This document shows, piece after piece, positions 12,354 through 24,547 of a DNA stretch of 64,000 nt (position 1 is the first letter of the stretch; the number at the start of each line of letters is the position of its first letter). The DNA is taken from contig CM097885.1 of NCBI GenBank assembly GCA_044892525.1, positions 40,860,001-40,924,000 of the forward strand, read 5' to 3'. This stretch comes from Schmidtea polychroa. Taxonomy: Eukaryota. The position numbers and the translations under genes are program-made. The notes beneath the pieces were generated by a model that was given only the letters and a program-made list of their open reading frames with translations, was not told where the DNA came from and did not search any database.

Positions 12354-12951
12354 ATTATAATTATAATTATTATATACTCCTAGTCTATCCGACAAGATAT
12401 TCTGTCCCCCTATGGGTATTGCTCACAAAGGTACTACTCACACTCAACAAGTAACATGGGTACTGTTCACAAAATTACTGGTAAAAATTTCTAAATTCTA
12501 AATATTATTCTTTAAATATACACTAAAATTTATTAACACATTCACATTCATCATCTCCACAGTTCATAACATTTTCAACAACATGATCTATACAATCCCT
12601 ATATACACACGGTTCAGTATCCGTAAATTCCTCCATAGGTTCATCAATTTCTTGAATGCTTTCCTCATCATCTTGAGTGTTTTCTTCATCTGCTTCATCA
12701 AGGTCATTTATTTTTTCAAGGTCATTCCCAAGGTCATTTATTTTTCAAGGTCATTTATTTTTTCAAGGTCGCGTGACTCATAAAGGTCTTTTTTTTTTCA
12801 AGGTTATTTTTTAATTTAATTTTTTGTTTTAATTAAGTGATCATTAAATTTTTCAAGGTCATTTATTTTTTCAAAATATTATTTTTTCAAAATATTATTT
12901 TTTCAAGGTCATTTATTTTTCAAGGTCATTTATTATTATTATTAATATTAA

Positions 12952-13013
<62 letters not shown>

Positions 13014-13527
13014 CTCTTAGTCTATCCGACAAGATATTTTGTCCCCCTAAGGGTATTGCTCACAAGGGCACTACTCACATGGGTAATTGTCACAAGGGTA
13101 CTACTCACATTCAACATGTCGTAAATTATTTTCAAATACAAGTTCAAAGTATTATTATTTATTTTAACACGCACGGGAGTTATTATTATTATTATCATAT
13201 ATAGTCAGAGTTTATCCGACAAGATATTCTGCCCCCCTATGTGTACTGCTTACATAGGTAATGGTTACAAGGGTACTTCTCACATTCAACATGTCTCAAA
13301 GGGTATAATATAATTATTATTAAATTCCGACCAACTTAAATCAATGAAGGGGTAGAACAAAATATATTACGTTGCGGTATTTTAAAATTTAAATATATTT
13401 TAAAAACGTATTTTGATACTAAAGTTTACTTAATTAACAAAGACATAATTATTGCACATGCTTTGCATAAATATTATTATTTTTTAAATTTTCAATATTT
13501 TCTTTTAAAGTATTAACACGCGCGGGA

Positions 13528-13608
<81 letters not shown>

Positions 13609-13610
13609 GT

Positions 13611-13842
13611 TAATGAAAAATCTAAAATATGGTTTACACACACAACCCATTAACCATTATTATTATTATTATCAATATTAAAAACCTAAAATATTTTTAC
13701 ACACACATACAACTCATTAAACTTATTATTATTATTATTGCAAATATTAGTCAAAAACATAAAAACACTCATAAACCATTATTATTATCAATATTCGTGA
13801 AAACCTCAAATATTTTTTACACGCATATACAACCCATTAAAC

Positions 13843-13910
<68 letters not shown>

Positions 13911-14105
13911 CAATATTAAAAACCTAAAATATTTTTACACACACACACACAACCCATTAACAATTATTTGTAACAATATTCGTGAAAACCTCAAATATTT
14001 TTTACACATATATACAATCCATTAAACTTTATTATTATTATTATTATTATTATTATAATTATTATTATTATTAGTGAAAAAACCTTAAATAATTTTTACA
14101 CACTA
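13611..14105. repeat. Degenerate ~60-bp tandem repeat (CACACAACCCATTAA..(ATT)n..AAAACCTAAAATATTTTTA); mirrored at ~23235-23870
   Basis: Recurrent units interleaved with ATT and CA microsatellites. Confidence 0.8.
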
Positions 14106-14683
14106 AGTTATGGGGTAGAGTATTATTATGTTTGCAGTATTCTGTGTTTGCCTTTACAGGAAGTTGTCAATATGGAGCGATAATTTTATACATACATTCT
14201 ATATACACATACCTTGTTTAACATGGGTGTATATACTCCTAGTTTATCCGACAAAATATTCTGTCCCCCTAAGGGTATTGCTCACAAAGGTACTACTCAC
14301 ATTCAACATGTCGCAAGGGTATATTAATTAGGGTTAGTAAATAAAACTTATCACACACACTATTTAAACGATAAAAATCAAGACAAGAGAGGACAAGGCA
14401 AAGTTTATGCATTTATTATTGCCAGGCCTAATGAGCAGTGACCAAATATCTGTGCCTGAAAGACACGGTGGATATTTGTTCGCGTCCACAAGGGTCGTCT
14501 GTGCCTTCCCCAAGTGGGGTCAGAAGAACCTGGGCATTATAGCTTTCCGTACGGAACATTACGCCTAGCATGGGTAGTCAACTACCAGCACATTCGAAAC
14601 GTATAATTTCAAAATACATGCGTCATTGGCACTATAACCAAATTAATTAATGTTTTCACTAACACAAATATATATTTACAGAG

Positions 14684-14727
14684 GCCTCCCACTAGTTGGA
14701 TTACAACCGCCCACCACGACGATCAGC
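14684..14727 (-). ncRNA. Mirror copy of the candidate SRP Alu-domain-like motif
   Basis: Reads ...TGTAATCCAACTAGTGGGAGGC on the minus strand; two C/T differences from the right-arm copy, both compatible with the pairings. Confidence 0.5.
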
Positions 14728-14829
14728 TTGTAAATATATATTAATTAAGGGATAAAGAGGACCCACCCAACCCTATTATATTTAATTTACAAATTTTTCT
14801 CGCTCTTCTGCTGGTATTCTATCTCAAAA

Positions 14830-15416
14830 TTATCATCTCCATCGGGCCATTTGGAATACATCTTGCGAATTGGACATATTTCTTAGTTTCTGATGTGGTG
14901 TCAACTATCATTGCTAAAATTTATATTGATTTAAAAGCAATTAACTTACATTATCTAACATTTTATCGTCACAAATTAAATTCTGTCTGACTATTAGGCA
15001 ACTGTTATTTGTGGTATACTTTTTCAATGTCATTTCCCACCATAAAACACAGATACCTAAATATAATATATATATTTTAAAGAATTAATTCATGTCTTAC
15101 ATTAATAATAATATTCTTCAGGTAGTACTTTACAATATCTAATTGCTAAAACATCGGTTTTTCCCATTTTTCTTGACAATCGTTGAAAGTTTACATAATT
15201 TAAGTAAACATTCATGTTGAAGGACACCCACAATCAGCTAATTCATTTAAGAAATCCGGAACTATAACACCTTTAGTGTTTCACCATTTTGTCTGGTTCA
15301 TTTTTTTCTATAATTCATGTTTTAATAAGAAATTTCTAAATCCAGAACATAAGTCATTTAGTGTTTCACCATTTTGTTCATCTTCTTCATAATCATATAA
15401 TTCATTTTCTTCATTA
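14830..15416 (-). pseudogene. DDX39: Mirror copy of the DDX39/UAP56 pseudogene fragment
   Basis: Reverse complement of 21906-22510 with independent substitutions and indels; retains MGKT (motif I). Confidence 0.8.
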
Positions 15417-16109
15417 CTAAGTAAAATAATTAAAATATTGTAGTAAATTCTTTATTTACTTACTTTATGGATACTAAAACGAAAGAAATAAAGTTATATC
15501 AAAAGTATATTTAAATAAATTAAATTTAAATAATTTAATTTAGTTATTTAAAAATATTTAAACAATTTAGTTATTTAAGCATATTTAAACATTAACATTA
15601 TTATATAGTATAATTTTATATAATATTATAATTTTATGTACACTTATATATCCTTCATTTAATTTTTTAAATTCAAAATTTATAATGAAGATTCTTTGAA
15701 TTAAAAAATATTCTGTTAGTATTTCCAGGCAGTAAACAACGAATTCAATAATTAAAATCTTAATTTTCATGTTGTTAGGGTTGTGGCCAGAATTTAATCG
15801 CCATCTAATCGTTTGTTCTCAATTTCGCTCATTTTTGTTCAAAACATTCAGGTGAGTTGTTATCTGGAAAGTTTCTTTGAGCTCAGTTTTGTTAAAACAC
15901 TCACGGTATTTTTGAGGGACGTGACACTGGGAATAAATTAACAATGGGTGGTCTTGCATACATGTTGTTGGTTTGAACTGTTGATTTATTTTAGAAATAT
16001 GTATATTAAAAACATTTAAGGTATCATTCAGTAAAATAATATAGTATTTTTGAGTATTTTTTAGTTGATTTATAAATAACAGTATTTTGATATATCAATA
16101 AAGACCATA

Positions 16110-18093
16110 TACTCCTAGTTTATCCGACAAAATATTCTGTCCCCCTATGGGTATTGCTAGCAAGGGTACTGGTCACACTCAACAAGTCGCAAGGGTATAT
16201 TAATCATTTAGAAATTCTTAGGTAAGATAATCAGAAATTTGTGAATATTTTAAATGTAACTTTACACTTATGTCGAGCGACTAATTTATTGGTTAACTTT
16301 TTAGACATTTAAAGCAAAAGGTAATTTATTCATCTAATGTTCGTTACAATAGTTAATAATATGAGAAAAACATGGTCATTATTCATTGATAATTTTAAAT
16401 TCTTTATCATTTAGAGTAAATTTGTTTGAGGCAAAAATAATTAAAGGAGTCATAATAGAAATATGGTTATCATTTATCCAATTAAGGGGCTTATTAGTTA
16501 GAAATATATATTATAAAGTAACAATTATTTTCTAATTTAATTAGATGATCATTAGACGTAATATATCTTTGCGAGAAATTTAAAATGTTTGAGTAACCAA
16601 AACATGGATATTTTGTCGATAAATTTATGAATATTGGTTAATTTTGTTATTTTTAGTCATTTAAAATAATATTTAGCAAAGGTAATTTAGCAAAATATCA
16701 TTTATCCACCCGATAACAATATTCCTTCAAAAGATTAACTGATATTCAACCTATTTAATTTCTAATTAAAATCATAAATTTCCTTCAATAAAGTTAAATT
16801 TTCTATAGTTGTCGATTTCCAACTTTTAAGTCAATATTTCTCAAGTTTTGTCACCGATATCCCCACAATGAATATCCGTCTATAACATGTTAAATAAAGG
16901 TAAATAATTTAAAGCAATAACCCTTGATATCATTCTCAATTAATTCTAAAGATTTCAGATATTTCATTGTCAAAACCAAGTAAATAAACACCTAATTGAT
17001 CATTAACCCTAAACGACTTAATAAAACCGTGGATAATTAATAGATAAAAACTTGTTCTAAAACATAAATCTAAATTACTGTGCAATAACATTCATCACGA
17101 CCTAATAAACCTCTAAAACGATATAAGTTCACTGGAATTATTATTAATTCATAGCTAAATACTGACTATTTCCTTTGAAAATTTGATATTTTACCAATAA
17201 GAACATTGTCGATTTAAATAGAGATTTCAAAACATGTCCACCTTAACCGATCCCTCACCAAATATTTCTAGGATTTTAAAAACCCCCTTAAAAATCATAT
17301 ATTACCATCTTAACCGAACCTTCACTAAATCCAACCGACTTTAATATATCAATTCTCTTAAAATCCATGGGAAATCCTTCAAAATATGAATTTTATTTAA
17401 TTGTTAAAAACATTCTTCCATTGAAATAATTTAGTAGCTAAATTCAAAGAGTCCACTAAAAGATCAAAATAAATATTTAACCACATGTATCATCAAATAC
17501 CTAACTAGAGATGATAATATCTCATTGATTGATCATAATTCTTCATCGATTCAACTAATTATAGCCATTACAACATGATATATCTTTCAAACTAAATTTC
17601 AGTATATTTTACAATAATTTTCAAGTAGATTTCAAATATATCATCATCATGAAAAAATTAGCTGGTTTCAACTTTAGATTTTCAATATTTTAAAGTTCAT
17701 CAATGTGTAAATATTCTTAGAAAAATATATGAAAAATTATTTAGTCAAATTATCATTACAAAGTCATCATCAAAATTAATTTTTATTTAAAATTTAAAAA
17801 CAAGTCAATAAAATATAGCAAATTATCAAGAAATTAATTAAATTTATCTTAGAATTAACACTAAACCTTAAATATTCTTTCAATTAACATGAAATTCACA
17901 AAAAATGTTAGTAAAATCCCGCTAAATCTAAAAAATTACCAATGAATTTAATGCTAAATAATAACCAAAAATTTGCCTAAATAAAATCATTAAAACACAA
18001 CAGTACCTTTACGACCAGTACCTTTACGAGCAGTACCAATTGTGAACAGTACCCATAGAGGGAGAAAATATCTTGTCGGATAAACTCAGAGTA
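16110..18093. mobile_element. Possible nested ~2-kb TIR element (mirror 19229-21210)
   Basis: Inward-facing imperfect ~50-bp repeats TACTCCTAGTTTATCCGACAAAATATTCTGTCCCCCTATGGGTA with TA-rich flanks; no intact transposase. Confidence 0.45.
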
Positions 18094-18350
18094 TATATAA
18101 TAAAACGAATTAACAATAACTCCATCAAATTGAATCAGTCAAATTAACACAAATTTTAATAAAAAATCTTATTCTAAAATGGTAAGCAGCATAATATCGA
18201 AAGATAATTTTGATAACACAGAGTATATATAATAAAACGAATTAACAATAACTCCATCAAATTGAATCAGTCAAATTAACACAAATTTTAATAAAAAATC
18301 TTATTCTAAAATGGTAAGCAGCATAATATCGAAAGATAATTTTGATAACA
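18087..18350 (+). repeat. 132-bp direct tandem duplication specific to the left arm
   Basis: CAGAG-bounded unit at 18087 and 18219, next CAGAG at 18351; single copy in the right arm. Confidence 0.9.
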
Positions 18351-21300
18351 CAGAGATAAAATTAACAATATTATTCTCAGGTGGTAAGAATCATCATTAT
18401 TCTATGATTAATTAATAATGAAATTCAAAAAAGTGAAAATAAGTGTTTAAATTATTCATTAATGGTATGTAAATGTAAATATAGCGAGAAGTGGCGTAGA
18501 TAAGATGGAAATTTATTAATTGCATTTATTTAAAATTATTTCATGAAATTCATAAAATTTATAAAAATGATCACTTTAATAAAAAATATTTAATAAAATT
18601 TTCAAAGAAATATTTGTTGGGAGGATTATTGGAAAATCGGGGGCTATAAGTGATGAAGATATATAAAATTATTTCTAATATATGAGTTACTAACGAATTA
18701 AAATATTTTAATAATGGGATAAAAATTTATTTTTATAAAGTATTTAATCCACAAATGACAAACATACATAACAAATGTTATTTGACTGAGCAATTATGAT
18801 AAATTCATATTTTAAATTTGATTAACTACTTTAATATTGAAATAATAATTATTATATTTACTATTTATCACTAAATATTTCAAAAGCAAATATTCTAATA
18901 GATAATTTAAGATACATTACTCTTTTCACTCAAAATGATCTCTCAAAGTTAAGAAGGAAACAAAGTGTGTCAGAACACATATCCAGCATTCACTTTACAT
19001 AAATATATGAAAACACCAAGTAATCAATGATAATAGAGGGATAACAGACTCAAACATAAAATATTCTTACCACCTGAGAATAATATTGTTAATTTTATCT
19101 CTGTGTTATCAAAATTATCTTTCGATTTTATGCTGCTTACCATTTTAGAATAAGATTTTTTATTAAAATTTGTGTTAATTTGACTGATTCAATTTGATGG
19201 AGTTATTGTTAATTCGTTTTATTATATATACTCTGAGTTTATCCGACAAGATATTTTCTCCCTCTATGGGTACTGTTCACAATTGGTACTGCTCGTAAAG
19301 GTACTGGTCGTAAAGGTACTGTTGTGTTTTAATGATTTTATTTAGGCAAATTTTTGGTTATTATTTAGCATTAAATTCATTGGTAATTTTTTAGATTTAG
19401 CGGGATTTTACTAACATTTTTTGTGAATTTCATGTTAATTGAAAGAATATTTAAGGTTTAGTGTTAATTCTAAGATAAATTTAATTAATTTCTTGATAAT
19501 TTGCTATATTTTATTGACTTGTTTTTAAATTTTAAATAAAAATTAATTTTGATGATGACTTTGTAATGATAATTTGACTAAATAATTTTTCATATATTTT
19601 TCTAAGAATATTTACACATTGATGAACTTTAAAATATTGAAAATCTAAAGTTGAAACCAGCTAATTTTTTCATGATGATGATATATTTGAAATCTACTTG
19701 AAAATTATTGTAAAATATACTGAAATTTAGTTTGAAAGATATATCATGTTGTAATGGCTATAATTAGTTGAATCGATGAAGAATTATGATCAATCAATGA
19801 GATATTATCATCTCTAGTTAGGTATTTGATGATACATGTGGTTAAATATTTATTTTGATCTTTTAGTGGACTCTTTGAATTTAGCTACTAAATTATTTCA
19901 ATGGAAGAATGTTTTTAACAATTAAATAAAATTCATATTTTGAAGGATTTCCCATGGATTTTAAGAGAATTGATATATTAAAGTCGGTTGGATTTAGTGA
20001 AGGTTCGGTTAAGATGGTAATATATGATTTTTAAGGGGGTTTTTAAAATGCTAGAAATATTTGGTGAGGGATCGGTTAAGATGGACATGTTTTGAAATCT
20101 CTATTTAAATCGACAATGTTCTTATTGGTAAAATATCAAATTTTCAAAGGAAATAGTCAGTATTTAGCTATGAATTAATAATAATTCCAGTGAACTTATA
20201 TCGTTTTAGAGGTTTATTAGGTTGTGATGAATGTCATTGCACAGTAATTTAGATTTATGTTTTAGAACCAGTTTTTTATTAATTATCCACTGTTTTATTA
20301 AGTCTTTTAGGGTTAATGATCAATTAGGTGTTTATTTACTTGGTTTTGACAATGAAATATCTGAAATCTTTAGAATTAATTGAGAATGATATCAAGGGTT
20401 ATTGCTTTAAATTATTTACCTTTATTTAACATGTTATAGACGGATATTCATTGTGGGGATATCGGTGACAAAACTTGAGAAATATTGACTTAAAAGTTGG
20501 AAATCGACAACTATAGAAAATTTAACTTTATTGAAGGAAATTTATGATTTTAATTAGAAATTAAATAGGTTGAATATCAGTTAATCTTTTGAAGGAATAT
20601 TGTTATCGGGTGGATAAATGATATTTTGCTAAATTACCTTTGCTAAATATTATTTTAAATGACTAAAAATAACAAAATTAACCAATATTCATAAATTTAT
20701 CGCACAAAATATCCATGTTTTGGTTACTCAAACATTTTAAATTTCTCGCAAAGATATATTACGTCTAATGATCATCTAATTAAATTAGAAAATAATTGTT
20801 ACTTTATAATATATATTTCTAACTAATAAGCCCCTTAATTGGATAAATGATAACCATATTTCTATTATGACTCCTTTAAATATTTTTGCCTCAAACAAAT
20901 TTACTCCAAATGATAAAGAATTTAAAATTATCAATGAATAATGACCATGTTTTTCTCATATTATTAACTATTGTAACGAACATTAGATGAATAAATTAAT
21001 TTTTGCTTTAAATGACTACAAAGTTAACCAATAAATTAGTCGCTCGACATAAGTGTAAAGTTACATTTAAAATATTCACGAATTTCTGATCATCTTACCT
21101 AAGAATTTCTAAATGATTAATATAGCCTTGCGACATGTTGAATGTGACCAGTACCCTTGCTAGCAATACCCATAGGGGGACAGAATATTTTGTCGGATAA
21201 ACTAGGAGTATATGGTTTTTATTGATATATCAAAATACTGTTATTTATAAATCAACTAAAAATACTCAAAAATACTATATTATTTTACTGAATGATACCT

Positions 21301-21905
21301 TAAATGTTTTTAATATACATATTTCTAAAATAAATCAACAGTTCAAACCAACAACATGTATGGATGACCACCCATTGTTAATTTATTTCCAGTGTCACGT
21401 CCCTCAAAAATACCGTGAGTGTTTTAACAAAACTGAGCTCAAAGAAACTTTCCAGATAACAACTCACCTGAATGTTTTGAACAAAAATGAGCGAAATTGA
21501 GAACAAACGATTAGATGGCGATTAACTTCTGGCCACAACCCTAACAACATCAAAATTAAGATTTTAATTATTGAATTCGTTGTTTTCTGCCTGGAAATAC
21601 TAACAGAATATTTTTTAATTCAAAGAATCTTCATTATAAATTTTTGAATTTAAAAAATTAAATTAAGGATATATTAAATTTACAATACATAAAATTATAA
21701 TATTATATAAAATTATATAAAATTATACTATATAATAATATTAATGTTTAAATATGCTTAAATAACTAAAGTGTTTAAATATGTTTAAATAACTAAATTT
21801 AAATTATTTAAATATAATTCTGATATAACGTTATTTCTTTCGTTTTAGTATCCATAAAGTAAGTAAATAAAGAATTTACTAAAATATTTTAATTATTTTA
21901 CTTAG

Positions 21906-22510
21906 TAATGAAGAAAATGAATTATATGATTATGAAGAAGATGAACCAGACAAAATGGTGAAACACTAAAAGACTTATGTTCTGGATTTAGAGATTTCTT
22001 ATTAAAACATGAATTATTGGATTATGAAGAAGTTGAACCAGACAAAATGGTGAAACACTAAAGGAGTTATAGTTCCGGATTTCTTAAATGAATTAGCTGA
22101 TTGGGGGTGTCCTTCAACATGAATTATCAGACTTAAATTATGTAAACTTTCAACAAATGTCAAGAAAAAATGGGAAAAATCGACGTTTTAGCAATTAAGT
22201 AAAGTACTCGTCATACCTGAAGAATATTATTATTAATGTAAGACATGAATTAATCTTTTAAAATATATATATTATATTTAGGTATCTGTGTTTTATGGTG
22301 GGAAATGACATTGAAAAAGTATACCACAAATAACAGTTGCCTAATAGTCAGACAGAATTTAATTTGTGACGATAAAATGTTAAATAATGTAAGTTAATTG
22401 CTTTTAAATCAATATAAATTTTAGCAATGATAGTGGACGCCGCATCAGAAACTAAGAAATACGTCCAATTCGCAAGATGTATTCCAAATGGCCCGATGGA
22501 GATGATAATT
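21906..22510 (+). pseudogene. DDX39: Decayed, intron-containing DEAD-box helicase DDX39/UAP56 (Sub2) N-terminal fragment
   Basis: Manual translation across frameshifts gives ENELYDYEEDE, SGFRDFLLKHELL, CQ..MGK, VSVFYGG, PQITVA, CDDKML, EIRPIRK and PME, colinear with UAP56 motifs (NELLDYE, SGFRDFLLKPELL, CQAKSGMGKT, VAVFFGG, DECDKML, EIRPVCRK, DPME); GT-AG introns at 21859-21905, 22238-22281, 22389-22424. Confidence 0.82.
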
Positions 22511-22610
22511 TTGAGATAGATTACCAGCAGAAGAGCGAGAAAAATTTGTAAATTAAATATAATAGGGTTGGGTGGGTCCTCTTTATCCCTTAATTAATAT
22601 ATATTTACAA

Positions 22611-22654
22611 GCTGATCGTCGTGGTGGGCGGTTGTAATCTAACCAGTGGGAGGC
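22611..22654 (+). ncRNA. Candidate SRP (7SL) RNA Alu-domain-like motif
   Basis: GCTGATCGTCGTGGTGGGCGGTTGTAATCTAACCAGTGGGAGGC: two hairpins joined by TGTAA, complementary loops TGGT/ACCA, closing GCT/GGC; by-eye similarity to the 7SL/Alu 5' end. Confidence 0.5.
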
Positions 22655-22751
22655 CTCTGTAAATATATATTTGTGTTAGTGAAAACATTAATTAATTTGG
22701 TTATAGTGCCAATGACGCATGTATTTTGAAATTATACGTTTCGAATGTGCT

Positions 22752-22918
22752 GGTAGTTGACTACCCATGCTAGGCGTAATGTTCCGTACGGAAAGCTATA
22801 ATGCCCAGGTTCTTCTGACCCCACTTGGGGGAGGCACAGACGACCCTTGTGGACGCGAACAAATATCCACCGTGTCTTTCAGGCACAGATATTTGATCAC
22901 TGCTCATTAGGCCTGGCA
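22752..22918. other. GC-rich, multi-hairpin candidate structured element (mirror at 14420-14586); strand unknown
   Basis: Closing stem 22768-22781/22905-22918 plus several internal hairpins; no ORF reported in the track. Confidence 0.45.
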
Positions 22919-23280
22919 ATACTAAATGCATACACTTTGCCTTGTCCTCTCTTGTCTTGATTTTTATCGTTTAAATAGTGTGTGTGATAGGTTTTATTTA
23001 CTAACCATAATTAATATACCCTTGCGATATGTTGAGTGTGAGTAGTACCTTTGTGAGCAATACCCATAGGGGGACAGAATATTTTGTCGGATAGACTAGG
23101 AGTATATACACCCATGTTAAACAAGGTATGTGTATATAGAATGTGTGTGTAAAATTATCGCTCCTTATTGACAACTTCCTGTAAAGGCAAACACAGAATA
23201 CTGCAAACATAATAATACTCTACCCCATAACTTAGTATGTAAAAATTATTTAAGGTTTTTTCACTAATAATAATAATAAT

Positions 23281-23355
<75 letters not shown>

Positions 23356-23869
23356 GTTTAATGGGTTGTATATGTGTGTAAAAAATATTTGAGGTTTTCA
23401 CGAATATTGATAATAATAATGGTTTATGAGTGTTTTTATGTTTTTGACTAATATTTGCAATAATAATAATGGTTAATGGGTTGTGTGTGTGTGTGTGTAG
23501 AAAATATTTTAGGTTTTCACTAATATTGATAATAATAATTGTTAATGGGTTGTGTGAGTGTAAAAAATATTTTAGGTTTTTGACTAATATTTGCAATAAT
23601 AATAATAATAATAATAAGTTTATTGGGTTGTGTGAGTGTGTGTAAAAATATTTTAGGTTTTTAATATTGATAATAATAATAATAATGGTTAATGGGTTGT
23701 GTGTGTGTGTGTAAAAAATATTTTATGTTTTCACTAATAATGATAATAATAATGGTTAATGAGTTGTGCATGTGTGTGTGTGTAGAAAATATTTTAGGTT
23801 TTTCACTAATAATAATAATAAAGTTTAATGGGTTGTGTGTGTAAACCATATTTTAGATTTTTCATTAAC

Positions 23870-23916
<47 letters not shown>

Positions 23917-24186
23917 TTAAAACTTTGAAAATAACATCTTTCGCGCGGATGTTAATATCATTCCCAATAATAATGATGATAATAATATTTATATATCAGT
24001 AGATAGATCTCGCACTGGGCCTTAAAATGAGCTATAGATCAATAAAATCTGTTGGTGGGAACATTAAGTTTTGAGCAAACGAAAACCAGGAGCCCGCCAG
24101 ACCACTTAATAATATTTTTGAAAATAATAATAATTTATGAGTCATCGTATGAGTCATCGAATGAGTCATCGTTCTAAAAATACATG

Positions 24187-24246
<60 letters not shown>

Positions 24247-24432
24247 TTCTTGGGAGTTGTAATAATAATTCTTTGAAAATATCTTAGTCATTATTAATAA
24301 TACCCTAGCGAGTTGTTGATTGTGAGCAGTACCCTGGTGACTTGTTGAATGTGAGTAGTACATTTGTGTGCAGTACCCATAGGGGGACAGAATATCTTGT
24401 CGGATAGACTATGAGTATATAATAATTATAAT

Positions 24433-24547
<115 letters not shown>

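Larger units (their letters stand above)
10409..18391 (+). repeat. Left arm of giant inverted repeat
   Basis: Reverse complement of 19063-26255 apart from indels, repeat copy-number differences and one non-matching block (~12480-13530 vs ~23915-24300). Confidence 0.9.

Noticed and set aside
14421..14438. CCAGG...AGCAG resembling SRP helix 8
   Set aside because: Only 7 nt between the motifs with no GNRA hairpin, and it is on the opposite strand to the Alu-like motif, so no full-length SRP RNA is called
21222..21500. 92-aa ORF as a Polinton gene
   Set aside because: Non-ATG start, not intact in the mirror arm, no recognisable motif
22699..22756. Faint tRNA-like pattern (TAGTGCCAATG...TTTGAA...TTCGAAT)
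   Set aside because: Acceptor and T stems do not pair convincingly; needs tRNAscan-SE or a SINE family alignment
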